DNA of 64,000 nt from Eledone cirrhosa (GCA_964016885.1 OZ024744.1:52080001-52144000), one strand, 5' to 3'. Shown: positions 13,529 to 27,326, counted from the first letter of the stretch. Program-made: numbers and translations. The notes: generated by a model from the sequence alone, not told the origin.

Positions 13529-13537
<9 letters not shown>
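13102..13537. mobile_element. Near-perfect fold-back (~165-bp arms, centre ~13364) with an HHR motif in each arm and a ~90-bp left tail
   Basis: Centre TTCCAGTCTT GTCG AAGACTGGAA; GTATTTTAT-CTGATGA-GGATGTACTG..CAGTACCTCC-AAAA-TATAT-ATAAAAC at 13421-13483; tail shares TGTTGAGTGCTTTTA with 21212. Confidence 0.9.
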
Positions 13538-13576
<39 letters not shown>

Positions 13577-13846
13577 GCATATATATAAGAAGATATATGA
13601 TATATATATGTATATGAATATACATGTATTTATATATGTTCATTACCCCCCCCCCCCCCTCTCTATATATATACATACAGAGAGAGAGAGAGAGAGAGCA
13701 AGAGAGAGAGAGAGAGAGAGAGAGAGAGCAAGAGAGAGAGAGAGAGAGAGAGCAAGAGAGAGAGAGGGAGAGATTTAAAAAAAATTGTGATTTTGTGTGA
13801 TGTTAGGTGTTGCTTATGATAATGTCAATATATATATATACACACG

Positions 13847-13878
<32 letters not shown>

Positions 13879-14485
13879 CGGGTGTGTGTGTATGTGTGTG
13901 TACAAGTACACGTGTGGAAATTTAAAAAGTGAGAGCAAGGGGGGGGAGATATAGTGGGGTGGGTAGGGTGGAGGAGAGAGAGAGAAAGATTGTTTGTATG
14001 TGAAAGTGTATGTGTAGATGAATGTGTGTATGTGTGTGGATGTGTGTGTGTATGTGTGTATTTCTATATGCTTATAGGGTTGGGAGGCGGGTGTGCGTGT
14101 TTGATTACCATCACGTGTACACAGTAGAGGATCTAATACATATATAATCTGTGAGTGTGTAAATATGTACAGAAATTTTTGTATTTGTAACGGAGTGTGA
14201 AAGTATGTTTTTATGTTTTTTTCATATTGATTGATATACTTCTGCTAAAAGATCAAAATGAGAAAATAGTTGAAAGAAGAAGGGAAAGAGGAAAGCCGAG
14301 AGAAAGAAAGAAAGAAAGAGAGAAAGAGAGAAGCAGAGAAAGAGATAGAGAGGGGGGAGAAAGTGAGAGAGAGAGAGAGAGATAAGAGAGGGGGAAGGAG
14401 AGAGGGAGAAAGCCATTGTTTGCTTCTATTGTTGTTTGTAAATAGTAAATGTATTTGTTTTAAATATGCTTTTAAAGACAAATGC

Positions 14486-14516
<31 letters not shown>

Positions 14517-14584
14517 GATGGATATATATATATATATATATATATAGATAGTGAGAGAGATAGATGGAAGGATAAATAGATAGA

Positions 14585-15661
14585 TAGATGGATAGATAGA
14601 TGAATTGTTTATTAGACACAAGGGCACAAAAGAAGGGGACAAATACAAATGGGGAGTTTACATACAGGTATATGAAAATAAAACTATTAATAAAATAACA
14701 AATAACAATTGAAATCCCCAATATGGGGGGGGGGCATTACACAGGGGTTGTACACACCCCGAAAAAATGTACAACCCTCATCTCCAGGAGCACCAAGAGT
14801 GAGTACTCCCCTCCTCTCTTTCTCTTATTCCTCAACCTTCAGGCTTATATATAAAGATGACCACTCGGGCCATCTTTACCACATTCACCCACCTTTCATA
14901 AAACTTGCTCTCTCTATCCTGATTCTTCTTCCAAAATGATATTTGAAAAAACGAATCAGTTGTTCGCTGGAGAGAAAGGTGTCTGACCTCAGCCCTTTTA
15001 ACCTCGTGCACCATATAACCTCTGTCACCATAGTCATAACACATACGAAAACTGCCTCTCCTTCGTTTTTGAAGGAGGGTGGCGGTTTGATCATGACAAT
15101 GGACTCGGTGGTCAACTAAATTGGTCCCAGCCGCGACAATAGTCGTTCTACATAGCCCCAAAGGTCGGTAACGCCCGGGAAGTGTAAAAATGCGTGCGCG
15201 ACGCCAGGGACATTTGGAAGTTGTCCATCGGTCCCGGGCGGAAGGTCCTACCGAACAGACTGGCCATTCGTTTTCCTCTACGCTCAGTTTTTCTCCGAGC
15301 GCGTCGTCGCACTTGCTGCAAACCAACCCTCTATAGAATGACGAAGTGGAGTCTCCACTGATCGCCGGGTCCGCCTGCCAGAGGGCTGTGAGCGCCTGAG
15401 TACATTCGATGTGCGAGTCGCCCATTTTCCTCGCTCTTTGCTTTACCCAGGACTGCAGCTCGGTCAGCTAGACGAGTCGTGGGAATGCTCGCCTCGCGAA
15501 CGGGGCCCACACCGGTTGTCCGGTGAGGAATACGTGGAGGTGCTGCAGCCTGAGCACGTGTTTGCGCATCGTCAGCTACGATATCCACAGCCCTCCGTTT
15601 GAAGGGTGTTGGCAGCAGATGGATCTTCTCACCAAAGGAGCCCGCTTCTTCCAAAGGAATT
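14585..15661 (-). mobile_element. Tx1/L1-clade LINE 3' fragment, copy 1 (internal deletion)
   Basis: Colinear with 16225-17410; C-terminal LFFKYHFGRRIR..FYERW; AATAAA-containing tail. Confidence 0.85.
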
Positions 15662-16224
15662 GGTCACATCCAACTCCAATATTGGCCATGTTGGTGCTGA
15701 AAAGTGAAAAGAAGAGGAAACTAAATCACTCACCTCTTCGTCTCCTGGGGACCAGGCTGCACAATTTCCATTGGGGTGTTGCAGGGTATGTTTGGTGGGG
15801 TGGTGTTTTCTGGCGGGGTGGGGACGGAGATGTTTGGTGGGGAGGGGGTGTCTGGTGGGATGGGGGTGACTGGGGTGAGGGTGCCTGTGGTGGGGAGACC
15901 TTTGAAGTGGACGCGGTTGATTGGTTTCACGCAGAAATTCCTCACGTCCTCTTCAAATATTTCTTTTAGGGATCTATAAGTTCCTTTAGGGACCCTGATC
16001 AGTATTTGGTTCGTTTTTTGTTTTGTTTTTGTTGGAACTATCCAAAGTTTTCCCTTCGGTTTTGACCAAAGGGTTGTTTTTGATGGTCTCCATCAGTGTT
16101 CTATTTTCTTCGTTTATGTAAGTGTATGTGTACTTTTCCTGTGTTGTGTTTGATTTTGTTTCTGGATCCTGCGTGTATTTTCTCTTCGTTGTGGATGTTT
16201 TGTTTTCGGGAGGAGGATAGATAT

Positions 16225-18317
16225 GTTTTATTTATTAGCCACAGGGGCACAAAAGAAGGGGACAAATATAAAAGGGGAAGTTTACATACAATAAAAACGT
16301 GTAAAATATTATCACAAATGCAATTTAAAAATTAATCGATTTTCCCCAATAGGAGGAGACAGTTTAGATGGGCAACACATGCCCCGAAAAAATGTGCAAC
16401 CCTCATCTCCAGGAGTACAAAGAGTTTCTACTCCTTTCCTCTCCTCCTCTTTTTCCTCAACCTACAGGCTTATATAGAGAGAGGCCCATTCACTCGGGCC
16501 ACTCTCGCCACTTTCACCCACCTTTCATAAAACTTGCTGGGGTACAGCACCTCTCTCTCCATCCGGATTCTTCTTCCAAAGTGGTATTTGAAAAAAAGAA
16601 TCAGTTGTTGGCCGGAGAGAAAGTTGTCTGACCTCAGCCCTTTCAACATTGTCCACCATACAACCTCTTTCGCCATAGCTATCACACAAAGGAAAACCGC
16701 ATCTCCTTCGTGTTTGAAGGAGGGTGGCGGTTTGATCATGACAATGGATTCAGTGGTCAACTGGACTGGTCCCACCCGCGACAATAGTCGTTCTACATAG
16801 CCCCACAGGTCAGTGACGCCCGGGCAGTGTATGAATGCGTGCGCGACGGTTTCTTCGTCTCGTACGCACCTCGGACAGATCTTTTTTGCAGGGTCCCTGC
16901 CCGGGCGCCCATGTCTGTAGAGCTTGTCTCGAACTGGTAGAGCTGCCAGGCCAGGGACTTTTGGAAGTTGTCCATCGGTCCCGGGTAGCAGGTCCTACCG
17001 AACAGACTGGCCAGTTCGTCTTCCTCTACGCCCAGAGTTTCACCGAGCACGTCGTCGCACTTGCTGCGGATCAACCCTCTATGGAATGACGAAGTGGAGT
17101 CTCCACTTATCGCAGGGTCTGCCTGCCAGAGGTTTGTGAGCGCCTGAGTACATTCGATGTGCCAGTCGCCCTTTTTCCTCGGTCTTTGCTTGACCCAGGA
17201 CTGCAGCTCGGTCAGCGAGACAAGTCGTGGAAAGGCTCGCCTCATGAACGGGGCTCTCACCGGTTGACCGGTGAGGAATATGTAGAGATCCCGCAGCCTG
17301 AACGCGTGTTTGCGCATCGTCAGCCACGGCACCCCAGCCCTCCGTTGGAAAGGCGTTGGCAGCAGATGGGTCTTCTCACCAAAGGAGCCCGCCTCTTCCA
17401 AAGGAATTAGAAGAGCGCGCGCTCCATTTTGGCGAGATTTTGGCTGGACAAGGCACGACGGTCAAGCGGTATAAATGGCGGACGCTATAAAAGTGTTCGC
17501 CACCTCCGCTCGACCTTTCAAAGATAGTTTGCACTCGGCCCACTTCTGGGTGAGTGCAAACACCTTGGCCGACACCTCGTTCCAGTTCTTTTCCACCTGG
17601 ATGTCCGGACCAAACCAGACCCGGAGCAACTTTACTGGTCCTTCCGTCCAGCGTCCGACGACGCCATCGGAAGGCATCGGTTTGCCTCTCCACGATCCGA
17701 GTTGCAAACCGATGGACTTGTCCCGGTTCAGATACGCTCCTGTGAACCTTTCGTATTCCTTCAGTAAGGTGCCGACTTCCTCGATTTGCGAGGCGCTCGA
17801 CACCATTACTGTCACGTCGTCGGCGTAGGCCGACGCCGCTTACTGCAGTCCCGGTTCCAGAGGGATGCCCCGCAATAGCTCCAACTCCCGCAGTAGTGGC
17901 TCGAGAGTCAGTACGTACAGAATGGAGGAGAGAGGGCATCTCTGTCGGATCGATCGTGTGATATGGAACGGCTCCGAGAGGTAGCCGTTCACCTTAATCC
18001 TTGAGCAGATGTTGCTGTTGTGCATTGCAGCAATCTAGCCCCTGAACACGGGTCCGATGCCTGCTGCCTCGAGCACTGCATCCAGGTAACGATGGTCAAC
18101 CCTATCGAAAGCCTTAGACTGATCCAAGTTGATCAGGGCCCGACCGGAGCCGAGTTTACATCCTGCCCTCTCTATGATGTATCGCATGAGGTGGAGGTTG
18201 TCGTGTATGGACCTGGTCGGGATTGCGCATGTCTGCGCTTCTCTCACCAGGTTCTCAACGACAAGCGCCACCCTTGGCCAAAATCTGTAACTCTGTATTT
18301 AGCAGAGTTATGGCCGA
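16225..18317 (-). mobile_element. Tx1/L1-clade LINE, 5'-truncated, degenerate RT
   Basis: QTCAIPTRSIHDNLHLMR, LINLDQSKAFDRVDH, IRQRCPLS, AYADDVT and LSLKGRAEVAN in broken frames. Confidence 0.9.
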
Positions 18318-18543
18318 TATTAAATAAATGGAAACTATATTTATAAAACCATATTTATTTCATTATATATATTTCAGGGATATCATATTAAAAAATATGT
18401 TATGCCTTCTTCAGACAAAATACAATATAAACAGTCTTATAAATAGATAGATTTGACATACCTTTCAACTTCATCTTCCATTTAAAAAGTTGATTTGGTA
18501 GTGAAAAATGTTAGGGACAGTTATAAAAAGAAAGAAAGAAAAA

Positions 18544-18583
<40 letters not shown>

Positions 18584-18720
18584 AAAAACGAAGAAAAAGA
18601 AGAAATGCATGCAACTAAATAGAGAGAGATAGATATAGAGAGATAGATAGAGAGAGGAATTCATGTAAAGAAACAGAGAGAGATATATAGAGAGAGGAAA
18701 AAACACAGAGGGAGATAGAT

Positions 18721-18752
<32 letters not shown>

Positions 18753-21280
18753 AAAAATAGAGAGAGATAGATATAGATAGAGATAGAGAGAAAGAAAATA
18801 GGTAGTTGGGCACCAGTTGAATGACGTATTAATGATATATTTATTTATTTATTTATTCATTTAGTTCTAGTATTAATATAGAGAGAGATATATGTGGTTA
18901 GGAGAGAAAACAGTCGTTACATAGAGAAAAAAGTAAAAATATCCAGACATAAACGAGGCAGATTTAAAACACTGTTTCATCAATGTAAAAATATAAATTC
19001 GTATGAATCAGGCATTATAATGTAAATATCAGTATTCATGAATGAGACACGTATCAATAATGTGTGAAAAATAATGATCATATGTCTAGTTTAAAAATTC
19101 CTAGGTTTATATTAGATTTGAGATAAATAGAAGGTTATCCCAGATTCGATACTATAGACATCCATGTGAATTTACGTGATCAACTCTGCATATTCCTATT
19201 TCACACGAAAACATTCTCATTGTGCTATAAAATTCTAGTATACATATATGTGTACATACACACAATATATATATAGAGTCTACATTAATTTTAACAATAC
19301 TATTCTTGTCTTTACTCTACATGATTATCGTTCAAGCATAAATAAAGAACAGATATCAATATATCAATAAAAATATCAGAAATAAAAATAAAAAAATATA
19401 AAAATATTAAAAATAAAAATATTAAAAATATTAAAAAAATAAATAAATAAATAAATAAATAAAAAAATAAAAATAAAAAATAAAACATAGTATGCTCCGC
19501 AAATCAACCACAGAGATCAACCCTTCAAGGTTAATTGACAATATATTGCCAAGTTCGTTATAAGCATCAGAATCAAAAGCAAACAAAACCAAAACTATTT
19601 ACCAAATCCTGTCTAGCAGAAATCATTCCAAAAGTTTAGGATACCCATTTGATCTACAGATGGTCATATATTTAATAGAGGTTTATCTAGTGTAAAATGT
19701 ATTCGATATATTTGGAGCATCAGCTTTTAGGGTAGTTTAATTATTCATGAAGAATGTTTAAAATAAAAAAGAAATCGAAAGATTTATCGGCGAGTTTCAT
19801 AAATAATTATAAATCAAGCTAAATATACTACATTTTAAATTTATATTTATATTTAAAAGTTGAGTTCAATCTATGTCTGCAGCAACTGAATAAATTTGTC
19901 CGTAAATTAAGGGAATTTTTAGATTTTAGTATAAAGAATATCTCCTCCGCGCAGAGGTCACATGTCTCAGAGGATGAATTAAAAGGAATCCCTCTTGAGA
20001 CTATATTCCAAGCCGTCGAATATCCAACGTTATCATGCTTAAGTTGCCAGAGTAAGCCTGATAGTGATGTTGAAGATTTTTTGCTTGGATCTGTGAAAGA
20101 ATTCTTGTGGTTATTATAGCGAAGTTTAAATTCTGTCGAGGTGGAACCAACATAGTTAAAAGAATTTAAGTCCGTTTTAACATTACAGTTGTATATTATA
20201 TTTTTAACTAAGCAATTGTTATTTAACGGACATTTAGATCTATCTCTACAGTTACATTTGTTTACTTGGATATTATTTATGCTATTATCGGTATTTTGGC
20301 TAGGTTTTAAATTCCTATTATTTATTCTATTAATATTTTGTGCTAAATTTTTGGTGGATGAGTAAGTTAATTTTATAGTATGTCTATTGAAAATTGAGTG
20401 ATACCTATGTGTTCTAGGGAAGCGATTATCAAGAGCATTAAAAAATAGTTTAGCGATGTGGGTTTTAATGTTTAGTGAGAAAGGGGGGGGGGGGCAAACC
20501 ATATTATATTCCTAGTTCTATTTCTTTTTAGGCTTTTGGAATTATTGTAATGCTTTCTATTATAGTTGTTAAAGTTGTTGCCGTAATTAAAATTGTTGTT
20601 ATTTTGGTTAGTTTGTCTATTATTTTCTATGTACATAATTTTATCACTATATCCTGCTCTAGCTAACGCTTCATTGTAATACTGGGCTTTTTCGTCGAAA
20701 ATCTTTTTATTAGATGAGATTCTAGAGATACGTTTTTGAACAGAGTTTACTATAGTATTTTTAACAGATCTGGGGTGGTTAGAGTTAAAGCTGACATAGT
20801 TTAAGTTTTCATTCAACTTGTGAAATGGATAGTGAAGACATGTGTTGAGATTTAATGTTACATCTAGGAAATTGACTATTCTATGGTTATTCTCAATTTT
20901 TATTTTTAGATTAAAAGTAATTAAAAAATTGTGTAATTTGTTTTCTTTTTCTATTTAGTTCAGAGTTATTATTTTCAATAAGTAAAAGCATGTCATCTCT
21001 ATATAAACCTCCGGTAGCACCGGGTATTTTCCTATGCAGCGAATTGATTATCAAATCTATCTATTTATAAGACTGTTTATATTGTATTTTGTCTGAAGAA
21101 GGCATAACATATTTTTTAATATGATATCCCTGAAATATATATAATGAAATAAATATGATTTTATAAATATAGTTTCCATTTATTTAATATCGTAAATATA
21201 CTCCAAATACTTGTTGAGTGCTTTTATATCAGTTATAAATATTTACTCGTTGTAACCCAACAATTTAAATAAAACTTTGC
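18316..21280 (-). mobile_element. Penelope-like element 1 (Naiad-like), 5'-truncated, with inverted pLTR at 21052-21280
   Basis: GGLYRDDMLL near 21000; SNHP; CNCRDRSKCPLNNNC; GIY-YIG IIY..YVGST..FKLRY; terminal CRH (19828-20502). 18316-18456 is inverted at 21052-21191; HHR at 21085-21151 (+) is mirrored on the minus strand. Confidence 0.9.
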
Positions 21281-21356
21281 ATATATATATATATATATAT
21301 ATATTATAATAAAATAACAGGAGGCTGGACTTGTGTTAATCCTTGAAAGGTTTATT

Positions 21357-21414
21357 ATACTATGATCATTTCAATGACCGGGTTCCGTATGATACCGGTG
21401 ATATCATCAGGTAT
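21357..21414 (-). ncRNA. Minimal type-I hammerhead in a TA-flanked fragment (about 21305-21480)
   Basis: Minus strand: ATAC-CTGATGA-TATC ACCGG..CCGGT CATT-GAAA-TGATCA-TA-GTAT; palindromic stem III ATGATCAT. Confidence 0.75.
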
Positions 21415-21494
21415 TCGAAATATAATAAATGCATGTAACAGATAAAATCCATGATGAACCTTCAAACCTAAATAAATAAATATGTATATATATG

Positions 21495-21596
<102 letters not shown>

Positions 21597-21599
21597 TAT

Positions 21600-22281
21600 A
21601 AAGAATTAATATATCTAGTAACATATATATACATACAGATGCATATCAATGCTAGCAAATATATAGGTTTTGTCTTAGTAACTTTGTGGTTCAATGCATG
21701 GGGTTGCAGAACAATAATATGAGAGACGTAAAATAAGAAAATTATAAAATTAGCTTACTTACTAAAATTTCACTCCCAACTAATTAGTTTCTGAAATGGA
21801 ATAAATATATTTTCCGAAGAAGATATAGAGAATCATTTCGTCGTCAGGGAAGTCTATTCTCAGCTAAGTTTCCAGGCAAAGCGTGGACTCTGGAAAACTT
21901 ATACAAAAATAATTCAGTGGATAGAAAATAGCAAAGCGTGGACTGAATGCCTAGCTTCTTAACAAACCACTTTCCACTGATTAACCTCGATGTCACGTGA
22001 TTGATTCTTTTTGAATTTGCCACCGACGCAGTAGGCAGTGATTTTCTCAATAGCTAGGAATTCAGTCCACGCTTTGCTATTTTCTATCCATTGAATTATG
22101 TTTGTATAAGTTTTCCAGAGTCCACGCTTTGCCTGGAAACTTAGCTGAGAATAGACTTCCCTGACGACGAAATGATTCTCTATATCTTCTTCGGAAAATA
22201 TATTTATTCCATTTCAGAAACTAATTAGTTGGGAGTGAAATTTTAGTAAGTAAGTTAATTTTTTAATTATCTTATTTTACG

Positions 22282-22290
<9 letters not shown>
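21600..22290. mobile_element. Fold-back element: ~240-bp arms, ~95-bp spacer, HHR-like core
   Basis: 21717-21956 is inverted at 22052-22290; CTGACGA-CGAA..TTCG-GAAA-ATATAT-TT at 22161-22205 (stem I poor). Confidence 0.88.
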
Positions 22291-22323
<33 letters not shown>

Positions 22324-22339
22324 GCATACACACACACAC

Positions 22340-22369
<30 letters not shown>

Positions 22370-22375
<6 letters not shown>

Positions 22376-23030
22376 CAATATAATAAAGAGAGATAAACAC
22401 AGATATATACATATATGTGTTCAAATCGTAAGGGACCAGATTCGCTAGTGTGAATAGGATACTAACAATGAACAATACGGTTTGCCAGACTCAATTTAAA
22501 AGAATAAATTAAGAAAAAGTACAAACCGAAATTGTGACAACTATCAATTGTACATCCAGACAGCTTTGGGTAATTTTGTTCCGCAATTAAGTGAAGGGAA
22601 TTATCAATTCTATTGCTCTTCAGTGGGTGTGCGAATTAGTATAATCTTTCACTTCTAGGTTTCTTAGAAGACTAAATGAGGCGCGTGTTTAAAATAACGC
22701 ACATGGCATTCAGTGCCTAGTGTGTCTCGTAAAACGTATGCTACTAAAAATAGAAACCATTTAAAATAGCTCTACAAATTCAAGGAGCCGAATTTATCAA
22801 AAGTATGTATTGATTTAGAAACTCAAAATAGTCTCTTACAATTAAATAACTCAAAGCAAAACATTTTTTCCGGGCCGTGTAATATACGTGTTCAAATTGT
22901 ACACATATGTATATATCTGTGTTTATCTCTCTTTATTCTATTGAATTATATTTTACGGCTCGGAGAAATCTTTTTCCTTGAGCTATTTAATTGTAAGAGA
23001 CTACTCTGAGTTTCTAACTCAATACATACT

Positions 23031-23036
<6 letters not shown>
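22370..23036 (-). mobile_element. Second, permuted copy of the retrozyme-like unit, with an inverted 140-bp cap (22897-23036); HHR at 22551-22630
   Basis: Shares GGTTTGCC, TGCTCTTC, ATCTTTCACTTC, CTAAAAATAG, GGAGCCGA and TTACAATTAAATA with 5664-6145; minus strand CACCCA-CTGAAGA-GCAAT..ATTGC-GGAAC A..T GTC-TGGATG. Confidence 0.8.
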
Positions 23037-23104
<68 letters not shown>

Positions 23105-23127
23105 CTGCTTATCTATCTCTATCTATC

Positions 23128-23252
<125 letters not shown>

Positions 23253-25309
23253 GACAAAACTGGAAATCTGTATCACATGGATATCGAAAATTACAATGAG
23301 TTCATATATAAAGAACTCAGGAAAAATTATAAAAAACAAACAATGCATCACTTACCAACATCAACAACAAAACACACACCATAGTGAATAGACTTAATAT
23401 TGAAGATAGAACTGAACCTTTGGCACTGAAAAGACCACATTTCAACCTGAAAGATCATAAATCTAACTTTAACTCTAATCCTTCTATAAGATTTATATGC
23501 CCTTCCAAATCTGATATTGGAATCATTAGTAAACAATTTTTAGATAGAGTCATCCCACAACTAAGAAAACATGTTAATTTACCACTCTGGTAAAACACAT
23601 CCCAGGTAATTAACTGGTTTAATAATATTAGAAATAAATCTTCTGCTTCATTTCTACAATTTGATATAGATAATTATTATTCCTCTATATCACCTCTACT
23701 CCTGAACAAAGCCTTGATATTTGCTAAAAATAGATCTAACTTAACTTTGGATGACATTAATATTATTACACATGCTAGACAAACACTATTGGAATTTCAA
23801 AATGAATACTGGACCAGAAACACATATAGTAATCTATTCGATATTACTATGGGTTCAAGTGATTCTGCCCAAATTACTGATCTTGTGGGCCTCTTTCTTC
23901 TTTTTAACATAAATGCTTCCTTTCTCCACCTTAAAGGTGGTTTATATCATGACGACTGTCTTCTTCTTTCCAATAACCTTAGCCTTTCAGAGATAGAATA
24001 AAATAAAAAGCTTATTAGAACTTTCCTCAAAGACTATTATAGTCTAGATATTACATTTGAAAACACAAGTAAAGTAGTTAATTTCCTTGATATAACATTA
24101 AACTTATCTACGGGTATCTACCAACCTTACCATAAACCCAACCAAAATTTACACTACATACACTCACAATCTAATCACCCTAAATCTATCCTTAAAAACC
24201 TAGCATATAATATCTCACTTAGAATTTCCAACCATTCGTCTAACCAGGATGTATTTGATAAAAATGCGACCTTTTATAACGAAGCTTTAGCTAGAAGTGG
24301 CCACAAAAATAAATTAGTATATATACCTTGTACCAATAATACAAACATACAACCTAATATTACCAACAAACACCAAATGAAACATACACACCTAAATGCC
24401 ACTCACACTATACCCCAAAATACCAACATAAAACCAAATTTCTCTAACTCTTCTAATATACAATATAGTAACTCTCAAAAAACTATTCATCCTACTACTG
24501 TAATAAATGTTAATAATAAAACTCCTAATAAACAAGCTAAAACACCTAAATCAATAAATCTAACTAAAAATGTGTGTGGTGAAGTCATTGACAATAATTC
24601 TCTTAATAAACATCAGGATACATCCTATAAAAACAATAAACAACATCGAAACCTTAATAGACGAGTTACTTGGTATAATGCTCCATTTTATTTACAAATT
24701 AAGGATAATATAGCTAAAAGAATTTTTAATATCCTAGAGAAGAACTTCCTGCCAAACCACAAATACCATCAAATTTTAAATAGATCAACGGTTAAATTCT
24801 CCTACTCAACAACCAAAAACATAAAACAAAATATAAGTGCCTACAATGCATATAAATGTAAAAAAAACCATGAGTATACCACCAGTACATCAAACTAACC
24901 ATAATATCTCCTCTGATACAGGATTCACGAAAAGTTGTAACTGTAGAAACAAAGCAAACTGTCCATTAAAAGGAAATTGCCTTGTTAATAACATAGTATA
25001 TAAATGTAAAGTTAACACTAAGGACTCAATTTATTCATATATAGGAGCTACCTCTAAACAATTTTAAGTAAGATTTAATACCCACAAACATAATTTTTAA
25101 AATGCCGCATTAGCTAATACAACATCTCTAGCTGAAATAATTAATAATTATAGAAAGAGGAATATAGATTATGACCTGACCTGGAGTGTGCTCAAAAGGG
25201 CCACTCCTTATCAAAATAATAGATATGAATGTAGATTATGTTCCCAAGAACTTTTCGAAATAATGAAATCTAAGGATATCCTATTAAATAAGCGACAGGA
25301 ATTAATAAT

Positions 25310-25424
25310 TGTTTCTACTTTAGGCACAAGGCCAGCAATTACCCAGTACATTACTGGTACTTTATTTTATCGACCCCGTAAGGATGAAAGGCAAAGTCAA
25401 CCTCGGCGGGATTTGAACTCAGAT
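25310..25424 (-). mobile_element. 5'-truncated tRNA-SINE inserted in PLE 2 with TSD
   Basis: CGACAGGAATTAATAAT at 25293-25309 and 25425-25441. Confidence 0.92.
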
Positions 25425-25712
25425 CGACAGGAATTAATAATATCGTGTAATCATAAAATGAGTAAAACCTTTAAATATTATAAACCTAATTAATATACAT
25501 TTTAGAAATTAATATAAAAACTTTGTTTAATTTTTTAATTTAGTTAACCTATAATTAATATTCTACTATTGCTGAACTACATAATTTTACTTTCCTTCTT
25601 ACAACTATCTTTTCCTAAAATTGATGCCATTAAGTAAACATATATAATGTTTTAATTTCAGGTTATGATTCTATGTTCCTTGAAATCTCTATATATTTAT
25701 TATTTCTCACTA

Positions 25713-25744
<32 letters not shown>

Positions 25745-26016
25745 TCTTTTTATATATATTTTTTTTATTTCCCCTCGTCTTTAACAGCACTTTTCAATTA
25801 CATCTAACTCTTATTTATCATATCTATATGCATTAATATAATTTTATCAATATAAATATACCCATCAATTAAATTAATTTATATTCTTTTCATAGATGTA
25901 AACTCCATATATATTATTTTCACTAACAATTTTATCGTAAAATTTTAGTCTCCTTAGATATTTACATTGGCATTATTCTTTTGTAACAGCAACTTTTCGT
26001 GTACTTTTTACTGACC

Positions 26017-26482
26017 TGACCTATTTTCACCCCTAAAATAACCTTTTCATTCTTCATACTCCTTCCATTCAAAACTGAAATCTGCCTTCTTCTACCCCTG
26101 AAATAAACTTCCATTACTACTATTTTACCATTTGGCCAATTATTACCTTTCCATTGGTCAATTCAAAACCTGTTCCCAAACAGACCTACTATATTAAATC
26201 TTTGTTGGTTTTATTCAATGAACAAATATAATTATTTCTGGCGTCAGCATATGACCTATTTTCATCCCTAAAATAATCTTTCATTCATAATATTCTTTCC
26301 ATCCAAAACTGAAATCTACCTTCCTATACCTATAAATTAAGGTTCTTTTACTACTATTTTACTATCTTGACCTTCACTATCGTTCTATTGGTCAATTCAA
26401 AACCTGTTCCCAAACAGACCTATTGTATTAAATCGTTGTTGTTTTTTTTCAATAAACAAATATCATTATTTCTGAAGACAGC
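26017..26482. repeat. 235-bp tandem duplication in the PLE 2 3' region
   Basis: TGACCTATTTTCA at 26017 and 26252; both units contain GGTCAATTCAAAACCTGTTCCCAAACAGACCTA. Confidence 0.9.
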
Positions 26483-26663
26483 GGTGGATTGGCAGTATCG
26501 GTAGAGGATCGGACGCCATGCTTTCCAGCATAGTTACGTCCCTTTACGATCTGAGTTCAAATCCCGCCGAGGTTGACTTTGCCTTTCATCCTTACGGGGT
26601 CGATAAAATAAAGTACCAGTAATGCACTGGGTAATTGCTGGCCTTGTGCCTAAAGTAGAAACA
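26483..26663 (+). mobile_element. Full-length young tRNA-derived SINE (central domain resembles the Meta/Sauria-type SINE domain)
   Basis: TSD ATTATTTCTGAAGACAGC at 26465-26482 and 26664-26681; A and B boxes present. Confidence 0.93.
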
Positions 26664-26889
26664 ATTATTTCTGAAGACAGCATATATATGTGTAGGTATG
26701 TATATTCTCTCTGATAGTTTGTAAAAATTTTACATAGATCATTAGGATATGCATACCAACACTAACATATATATCCTAGAAACGATCGTAAAATGATGAT
26801 TTTTTTAATATAAGGAACTGTTTCTTTGTTTATTCATTATTTTATTAATTTATCTTGACTCTGTTTTCCGTTATTTTTCACCGAAAAAA

Positions 26890-26930
<41 letters not shown>

Positions 26931-27085
26931 AGATTTCGCTTCAAGCATAGCTTTATACAAAAATGTATAGACATTTCGTATTTCTAAAGAAACACGGTTT
27001 TAGGAAGCCGTAGCTATGCAAACACCGGGGCTAATGCCCTCTGATGGTGTCCAGCAGAAGCAAGGGGGAAACTGTGTATGCATTT

Positions 27086-27140
<55 letters not shown>

Positions 27141-27175
27141 CATATATATGTATATATTTATATGTGTTATATATT

Positions 27176-27298
<123 letters not shown>

Positions 27299-27326
27299 AA
27301 TATAAATATATACATATATATGTATA

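Noticed and set aside
26483-26560. tRNA gene
   Set aside because: A and B boxes belong to a SINE head; no cloverleaf, and a SINE body and TSD follow
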